Assembly (NCBI GenBank): GCA_051362555.1
Contig: CM120640.1
Span: forward strand, 2,108,001-2,172,000
Origin: Lingula anatina
Lineage: Eukaryota > Animalia > Brachiopoda
Length of the DNA stretch: 64,000 bases
Direction of reading: 5' to 3'
In this document: piece after piece, positions 55,160-64,000 of the stretch
Layout of the letters: the number at the start of each line of letters is the position of its first letter
How positions within the stretch are numbered: position 1 is the stretch's first letter
Notes under the pieces: model-generated
What the model was told of the DNA's origin: nothing
Database searches by the model: none
Seen by the model: the letters and a program-made list of their open reading frames with translations, nothing else
Position numbers and translations under genes: made by a program

Positions 55160-57969
55160 TCACTGCATGTAAGTATATGAGCTCCCAGGCTGTGGGGCTT
55201 TCACAGGGTGAACTAATGTCACATCCAGCTCAGGGTTGTGTTCATGCAGTGAAGTTTCACGGTAATGAAGGACCAAGTCCAGTAGAGTCTGATGAATAAA
55301 GAAAGGTTCGGCAAACCCAAAGCCTGTCGCCTTGTGTTCTATTACACAGTGCCCTGTTCTGCCATTTGCACTGAAAGAGAATAACAGCAATGTCAAATTA
55401 TATGAATTTATTTTTTCTTCAATATCTCTTTTACTTTCAAAGATAGCTTATTGAACACCTTGTTTTGCATAATGTTATATAAGCTATTTTCATTTAAACT
55501 GAAGCGTTTAATTTTCAAAATGTACAAACTGCATGTTAATTTGGTACAGTTATTCTGTAAAGAGAATGACATCTTCAGAGCACCTGACGCCACACTTTAC
55601 TTACTTTAATGACAGTGCGTAGGAGTTCATCTTGCTGCTAGGTCGGATCAGGAAGGTACCGTCTGGCTTATTCTGCAGGAGGTTCTCAGCCGTGTACCTA
55701 TCACAGTCGATGTACCATGTGCTCTCGTTGTAGTGAGCTATGCTGGGGAGGTCGTTATTCATGACAGGGGCACTGAAATTATCAAAATACTTTTTCTAAG
55801 TATGGAAGACAGAACTTCACTTCTCCATTCTGAAATGTAGTTATATTGATAAAACAAAGGTTCATAGCCCCTTTCTCTATTTAATGATCATGGTTAAATT
55901 AAAATTTTCACAACATTAAATTTATATTCAACTAAGTCTCAATGCAAATAAAAACATCATTTACAATAAAAATAAATAAATAAATAATTATTAAAAAACA
56001 CCAACATCATATGGAGTAATTTTTTCAATAATCTAAAAGACTGATCCTGTGGTTAATAGTCTTACCCGACATAGTAGGGTTCCTCCTCATCAGGAGTACC
56101 CTGACTAATCCTCCTCTCCGTCTCCCCTAGCAGCTTTTCATCTATGTAATCTTTGTTCACATTTTTGTCAATCAGGTATCTGAAAACAAGAAAATAAAAA
56201 AATGTGAAAAATATTGATTAAAAGATAAATTGCGCTCTTGAAACATGAAGAGTTGCACAGTTGCTGTAACATATAGTAAGAAGAGGAGAAAATCAAGTTC
56301 AACTTTAAGTTAAAATTGCCACATGTAGAATTCCTTTGTCAAATGGTACTTACTTAATATACTGTTCCCGTAGTTTGTATTCTCTCTTGATTTCTGGTTT
56401 CAGACTGTTCATCTCCTCAATGAGGCGGCGGTTCTCTTCAGTCTGATATCTCAAATCTTCCTCCAACTGTTCTTTACTTCTCTTGATTTCCTGAAGTCGG
56501 TCAGCTAATAATTTGTAGTTCTCCTCTAACCTAAAAGAAAAAATACCAATAATGAAATACAAAAGAAACATGATTCATAAACAAGAATCATTGTTATAAC
56601 TAACTTAATTTTAAATTTCAAAGACCTTTAGATAACAGTCTATTTAAAATAAACTTAAATCTTATATTATGGCAATGTTTCATTTGCCAAAACTCTATCG
56701 TCCTAAAATCTGCCCAGAATTCCACTTACTTCTGCAGCTCGTGGGGCTGGGCCTGCTGCTTAAACTTGTCGTGAAGCGTAATCTGGTCCTCAAATACCGT
56801 GATTGTTTCTGAGAAGGCATCCAACGCCTGGTGCTTAAGTTGAAGCTCCTGGAATTCAAATCATCAAGAGTGAGTTCATTGACTTTGCCTTCAATTGGAA
56901 TCAAACGAACTAAATAAATAAATTGATATTTTATGAAATGGAACTGCATAAAAACTTTCCAGTTTGTTAAGTAGGGAGGTTTTAATTTCACACACCTGCG
57001 TAGTTCTTGAATGTCCATCATACAGCTTGTCATATTTCAAAGTCTTCTTCAAGTATTCTCTATTGATCTCTACCAGTCTCTTACACACCTCATCTAAATT
57101 GGCGTTCAAGTCCGCATCTTCAGCCTGAAATTGTCATCATGAAAAAATCAAATATGCATAAAAAAGACGAATCCTGCAATGTAGTAAATATAATTTGTTA
57201 GACATTTTGATATTAAAATATTGACAGTCAATAATTTACATACATATATATCAAAGATGTTTTTTCATCCAATAACTGCTCAGAAGCATAAATTCACATT
57301 CAGAGTAATATTTTTGACCATCTTGACCATCCAGCCTCACTGACCTGCTGATGTTTGGACAGCGGGTACTTGAGGGTGACATCCAGTGTCTTGTTATACT
57401 GCCCCAGGGTGTGCTGTCTGTAATGGGCCACCAGCTCCTGTACTGAGGAGAACTTTAGAGGCTCCACAAACCCATACTTGCCATTCTTGTGATAGATCTT
57501 GATTAACTTATTGCTGCCACCTTTCCTGGAAGTGAAATAAGAAATGATTTAATTTTTGTTAATGGTAAGCATGAAAGTGAATATCAATTATTTTACAGAG
57601 ATAATTATAAAAAAGTCTGCTGTTCTTACAGCTCAAGGAACAATACTATCCTGAAGAATGTGCAACTTAATTACAGTTAAATCTTATACTTTAAATATCT
57701 GAACAATAGATGAATCTGAGCACATCTCAATCCCCAGGTAAGTGGTATCCAGTGTGTTATGTTTACCTGAGTGTTAGTGTGTAGTCTCCATCTCTGGACC
57801 ATGTGAAAATAGGTGTGTTATGTTTACCTGAGTGTTAGTGTGTAGTCTCCATCTCTGGACCATGTGGTGGCATTCCTCACCAAGAAAGTACCATCAGGTG
57901 TGTCCTTTAACTTCTCATTCACCTCCTCTCTGGAATAACACACCACCCTCATGTTAATATTACTCTTCT

Positions 57970-58030
<61 letters not shown>

Positions 58031-61000
58031 CCAAATTCAATTTCTCTGAAACATTTGTACGTGATTTGAGGACCACTGTTACCTGTCCACAGTAGCATGT
58101 ATATTATTAGTTTATGCTTGCAGAAATGATGTGTTTTGAGATGGTCCCTAGGCCCAGTCTAAGTGTTTACCTTGATATCTCCCCCCAGTACCACTCTGCC
58201 TCCTCCAGGGGGTCCTGACTAGGATTGTTATTCTCTGTGTTCTGGTCCTGAGGGGGCTGCTGGTGCAGTTTGGGGGGTCGAGGGGGTCTGGGAGGGGGGA
58301 CATCTAGGAATGAAAAGATAAAGTTTAAGTATACAGGAACACCCATACAGCTTGGTGTGTATTTAAATGTTAGATGTTCAACAAATGTTAAACATGTGCT
58401 GGAAAACTTGCTTCTATTCTTGAGGCATATTTTACGCTTATTTTTGACAAGTTTCGTTGTTGTTTAGTATCTGTGAAATATCTGTGAACCTTTAATGATT
58501 AAAATTATTCAAATACCTGAATTAAAGTTGTCTGACCTACCTGCTGTAGTTTCTGTATAATCTGGCATGGTTTCTCCCCAGTTTCCTCCTCTTAGCAGAC
58601 AGTCAAATACTCGGATGTGGTATTCAGTATTGTACACAATGTCACTAGAAAAGATGAAAAAATATTTTAATTATACCCAGGAGAAAAAAATGTAAAAATT
58701 AAAAACCCCGAATTTCTCAAATTTCCAGTGGCAACAGCAGAGTCTAAATTTTTCAAAACATTAAAAACATGAATAAATTTAAAAAAAAAAAATTAAGTCA
58801 AAAAACTATAATCAATCCCATTGGCCGAAAACTTGGGACACAGTGCATTTACAAAATCTTTTCCTCAAATCTCTAAAAGTCTGTATGCCCACTGTCCAGC
58901 TACCTGGTTGACCACAGGGGGTCCAGCAAGACCTCAGTCATGGCGGCAATGAGCAACACCAAATAACGACCAACAGGACGACACCGACTTTTTGTATGGG
59001 CCATTAATTTCATTTTCATGATTTAAGTCTCTGATTAATGATTATTTGGGTGTAGGCTCCCATGCCAATATTTCTGATTTATATTTGTGTGTTACATTCC
59101 ATCACAGATGTCTCTTTATACAGACATCATAATGATGGCCTTATTAGATAATTAATTTGCCATATTTTCTTCTTAATCTATCACTCCTTATGCCAATTTC
59201 AGTTTTCCACATTTTTCTCCCCTGGTGAGTCAGACATGCTGGATCACTGAACTTGTAACTGGGTATGATTCACCTCTCTTTCCATGATTTGTCTCTCACT
59301 ATTCCAAACACCAAGGAAAGGAAAACACGGCTGTAGAAACAAGACAGGACAGGATAGGTGGCATCTTTGCTGTAGGGAAAGAGGGGGGTGGGGGTGGGGG
59401 GTGGGGTGGGTGGTGACATCTTTGCTGTTGAAGGAAGGGGCCCTTGTTTAAATTTTAGGGTATTTTTATCTGATCCTAAATGTGCTAGGATCTTATTACT
59501 GTTCCCCCAAGTATATCATAATGTAGTCCCCCCCCCTCAAAAAAAAAACAAAAAAAAACAAAAACAAAAACAAAACAAAACAATAAATAAATAAATAAAT
59601 AAATAAATAAGTACAAAGTGTGCATGTTTGATTTGGGGAGGAGGGGAGAAGGAGAACTATACTTACATGATTTTCTCCCACGGTGGCCTCATCAGGATAT
59701 GACAGAACACATGGGACAGTTTGACTGGTGGCTCCCTCTTTCCCAGAGCGTACTGGTGCTGGCACAGGCGGACAAAGTGCGCCATCAGATAGCGCAGAGT
59801 GCTACTGTGGTGAGGTGGGAGGTCTGACGCCAGCTGCACCAGGCGCTCCTTACACTGCTCGTCATCTTTGTTTTCTGGAAACAAAACAATGGCAATATCA
59901 GCACCATACTAATAATATTAATAACGTAATGACTTTTTGACTTAAATTTCAATTTTTTTTTCAATGTGCCAAAACTAACAAAGGTAAAGTCATGAAATCT
60001 TTAGCATTTATCAAAAACATTTTCCTGATACAACCCACAATTTCATTGCAATATGTCCAGGACTGTTGAAGTTATTGAACTATGAAATTAGTCATGTTTT
60101 TTAGCCATCTGATATATAATATTACAGTGCTACTGTGGACGATATATTATAACAAAGTGCTATTGTGGTGTTGTCCGACACCAGATGTAGAAAAAAAATA
60201 CAGATGTTGTTTTACAACTATAACTAAACTATTGTATTATCCCCTAATAGAGGTAATCTGGGGCAAAGTAAGGCAGGTGCTACAGGTGACTCAGGCACTC
60301 ACATAGTTGTCACATATCAAGAAGACATCTGTCTTTACAATAACAACTGTGACATACAGAATGGTAAAATGATGTGTCAAGAAGACAATATCATCGTCTA
60401 CCAAGATTATTATCAAATCTGGGCCTCGTGTCACTGCACTAATACTTACTAGCAAACATAGCAGTCAGAGGACTATCAGGTCTTAACCAGAAACTGATCT
60501 GCCCCTGGCAGCAAAAGTTTTCCAAAGCTTCATTTCCTTAACAACATTTTACCTTCTCTTATGTCTTCACGTGTTTCACTGACATAAACAACAGTCTTTG
60601 GAAGTCAGAAAATCTAATGTGTTGACAAATGATGACCTTGCTCTGAGCTTAGATCCAACTTGCCATCACCACACTGAGTCACACTTATCAAAAAGAATGA
60701 AATCTTATGCTAAGTTAGACATCTCAACTCAGGTATGGGAAAACACGTCATACATAATGGCTGCAAGCATCTTCCGAGTAAGATTTTTATGGTTTTTAAG
60801 GTTCAGAGAAGACGCAAACATGCACATGCACAAACAGACACATGCACGTATGCACACACGCATGCATACACACACACAGTGGCTCTACTTATTGCTGCCT
60901 CAATTAGTACTCGACTGGAATGACACACGCACATGTGCACACACGCATGCTCTACTTACTTGCTGCCTCAATGAACTGACTGTAGTACTCGACTGGAATG

Positions 61001-62619
61001 ACAGAGTTGGGCAATTCACGGAGGTATTTCTTCAAGGCACCAGCTATACAGTTCAAGTCAAAGTGAGCCGTGTTTAGACCTGATATATCTTCTGAAAAAC
61101 GAGAAAAGAAAGAAAATAATTAAATGATTACCATATCTGGTTGAGTGTTTATAGGGTTCTCTTCAAGGAGGATGCTGATATCTGATATTATATAATTGTT
61201 GACTATGGTAGAGGTCGATGTGTTGTTTTAATTTGCAGACTTCTCACATCTGTGAAAAAAACCTTTTCACCCAAAGCAATAGTCTAATTGTTTTACAGTT
61301 TCTTTATTATTTTATCTTGTTGTAATCTCATATTGTTGTCCATGTTTGCTTTAATCAGATTGGTAAAAAAAAAAATGTCAATGTCATTACTCAACAGTTT
61401 GTTTGGTGACGATGTCATTCGTCATTGAGCTTTATCAGATTTTGAATTCCTAGAATCACATAAGAGCATAAGCCATGCTTATTATTTAATTCCAATAGCT
61501 GATGCTATTGATAGCTGTTAATAATATGTATTACATCATATATGCAGCTATCAATAGCATCTGGTATTAATAGCTGTTAATGATACTTGTTACATCCTAT
61601 ATACAGAGGCATGCTGGGTTGAGCTGCACTTTAAGTAGAATGATTAGAAAACGTTCAAATTGTCACATCATGGCCATCTCTCAGTATATCTTAATTATTT
61701 CTATTTCCTAGAACAATGGTTTGTTATACCTGAAAATGAAGGCCTCAAAACAAGTCTGAATCACAGGGAGGACAAATTTATGAGTTACTGAAAGGATCAA
61801 CCTGGGGAGGGGGGGCATAAAATAGTTCATTTTGGAGTAAAGAAGGTGCTGGAATCAATCATACTGTACCTGAGTTGAGCACCGCCTTGAGTTCTTGAAT
61901 GGCTTGTGTCGAGGAAGAGATCCTGTAGACATCAAACAAATCCTCTCCTAAAATTAAAAAAAAAAAGAAAAATATGAAATTACCATTCCTGTTCTCATTT
62001 TTTGGAATAACAATATTCAAGAATGAAAAGAGAATAAATGGTACAAACTTCAATTCACCTGTCAAGAGTAATAATTTTAATCTTGTGTAAGAGTCAAAGG
62101 CACCTGTGCTTACTATTTCCTCATTCAGGACAAAATTAATTTTATTTTTCAAAAATTGTATTGAATCTATACCAGGTAAAGATGAAAGGCATGGCAGGTT
62201 TATGTGAAAGTATGCACTTATGAGCAAACTCTAATGCTGAATTTTAATGAAATAATCTACTAGTATAAATAAGGTGGTTAAAAATTTGAGAGCAATGGCC
62301 GTACCAGTATCTTTCCCTCTTCTCTCTATCTCTTGTGTACAGTGGACAATGACATCTGGGGCTTGTTGATCTGACGGATTAAACTGGTCTGTGAGATCAG
62401 CACCAAAGACAAAATCTGAAAACACAGCAAAACAAAGCTATTACACATCTTTTAAGACAGGCAATTTCCACTCACTGGTAGCCAAGCCAAAGGCGACATG
62501 CTAATTATTTACATTGTTAAGTACTGCAAGACAGGCTATAATAAATATGAACAGGAAAAAAGTACAAAGAACGGTAAAAGGGTTCAATATCCTCTTTTAC
62601 AAACATCCTTTCACAAAGC

Positions 62620-62650
<31 letters not shown>

Positions 62651-63955
62651 TAGTAATAAGTTTATTGAGCACTATATGACATGAATACATTTGCAGGCTC
62701 ACTAGACTACATTATTTACACATATAATTTATATATGTTTACATACAAACAAACGAACAAACAAATAAATACCATGAGTTGCATCAAATATGCCTCTTAC
62801 TTGCTACAAAGCTAATCCTCCTCCTCTTCTCCATGATTTCTGGACTGCAGCAGATCAGGCCTGTCTTGGCACATGTCCTGTGACAGCAGAGGCCACACTC
62901 TGGAGAACAAACAACAGGCAACGTCTGCCTTTAGAACTGTTCTGACCACAAGTGTGAAGGTTCTTAGTATCTAATGTCAGTTTGTCAATGAATTTTACCA
63001 CGCAAGTTCTAGAATTTGGTTTATATATATTGTTTACTCACACCAAAGTCAACTGACAGTTCAGTGAAATAGGGTAGTGTTAGAGATCGCTTAGACAGCA
63101 AAAAATGTTAAAATGTAACATTTAAAAGCAGAATATCATTATTATTAAATAACCCCCTCCCCCCCCCAACAAAAAATAAACAAACAAACAAACAAACAAA
63201 CAAACAAACAAACAAACAAACAAATAAATAAATAAATAAGGACTGATAAAAGCCAGGTGTAAGCCCTGGGTGGTGGCTGTGGCCTACCTCGACACTGCAG
63301 TCCCTGATGCATGAGACCGTGAAGGAACTTGTTACAGATATGACAGCGTTGGAGAGACGAGAAGCTGTATTCCACCACTTTATGGTCAGTGTCTACACAG
63401 TTCACTGGAAGGACAAGAGAAAAAGTTACATGTCAGTGTAACAAACAAACAAACAAATCAATCTATTAACAAATAAAATCTAAAGATATATCAGGCATGA
63501 GACCAGTCCTCACCAAAAAAATAGGATTTACATGATTCACCCTGAAAAAATTGGAATTCTGATAAAAGTCGGAGAAAGTCCCATCAGCGTATATATAAAA
63601 CATTCAACAGAACCTTGTGTGGACTTACCTGCCACATCCAGTGGTTCATTAGAGGGAGGTAAGGCAGACCCATGTGGTTGCTGGAATGATAACACAACTA
63701 CACTTATAATGTATACACACTCAATGTTTATACAGTTTTTATTCTCTTGAGGTGAAATCACCCAAGATCTTCATTTCATATTCTGTTGCACACATATATA
63801 TACGGGGAATCTAATGCCAATTAATTAAAGAAATAGTTAATTAAGACTGCTAACATGAGTGTTGGAATATTTACCTGCTCTGACTCCCTGCCGCAAAGAT
63901 CATCAATACACACAAGGATGGCTTTTCTGTGAAAATCATCTAGAATTCCCATAAC
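55160..63955 (-). CDS. PIK3R1: PI3-kinase class IA regulatory subunit (p85-type): [SAM end]-C1-RhoGAP/BH-Pro-rich-nSH2-iSH2-cSH2; 5' part lies outside the window
   Basis: Exons (minus strand) 63955-63875, 63680-63629, 63404-63288, 62899-62801, 62415-62305, 61947-61870, 61091-60960, 59874-59667, 58644-58541, 58303-58171, 57929-57828, 57525-57345, 57124-56996, 56848-56730, 56530-56354, 56179-56066, 55772-55605, 55370-55160. Motifs [59 protein letters not shown], coiled-coil iSH2, [17 protein letters not shown]...[21 protein letters not shown]. Probably the pro-ortholog of PIK3R1/2/3. Confidence 0.93.
57752..57866 (-). repeat. Two-copy 54-bp duplication (61-bp period) of the PIK3R nSH2 exon end and donor site
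   Basis: 57752-57805 is identical to 57813-57866 (GTGTGTTATGTTTACCTGAGTGTTAGTGTGTAGTCTCCATCTCTGGACCATGTG). Confidence 0.9.
57971..58029. repeat. (TAA)n microsatellite
   Basis: Direct reading. Confidence 0.95.
58904..58941 (-). CDS. Candidate alternative first coding exon of PIK3R (short p55/p50-like isoform, [13 protein letters not shown]...)
   Basis: GCCGCCATG Kozak context, 12 codons plus AG, then a GTAGCT donor. Phase 2 matches the acceptor of exon 58644-58541. Confidence 0.55.
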
Positions 63956-64000
63956 CTAGGAGACAGTGAAAATGAAAAATCTCTAAATCACTTGCCACAA

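Overview
Eukaryotic, AT-rich, intron-rich animal DNA from an invertebrate bilaterian (probably a lophotrochozoan; this placement is inference). It holds three conserved multi-exon genes: SPTLC1 (+, 15 exons, 572-26762), a PLK2/3-type polo-like kinase (+, 12 exons, 32058-51417) and a PI3K class IA regulatory subunit of p85/PIK3R type (-, 3' part, 55160 to beyond the window end, with extra SAM and C1 domains). The main discovery is in the ~19 kb intron 9 of SPTLC1: two antisense tandem paralogs of an unusual ROCO-family gene. Their Roc GTPase domain is split between G2 and G3 by about 10 hydrophobic segments, followed by COR, a Cys/His linker and a C-terminal CARD-like death-fold domain. One copy is intact. 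The other has a 1-nt frameshift and a P-loop T->M change. The two CARDs are far more divergent than the rest, and the copies share a 194-bp identical tract. Other observations: tandem duplications centred on exon-intron junctions at five sites, a candidate alternative first exon giving a short p55/p50-like PIK3R isoform, and several non-autonomous DNA transposons (Harbinger-like MITEs, a Kolobok-like element, Helentron-like elements, one carrying a 146-bp satellite). All exon structures were read by eye from GT-AG boundaries and phase continuity; no database searches were run.
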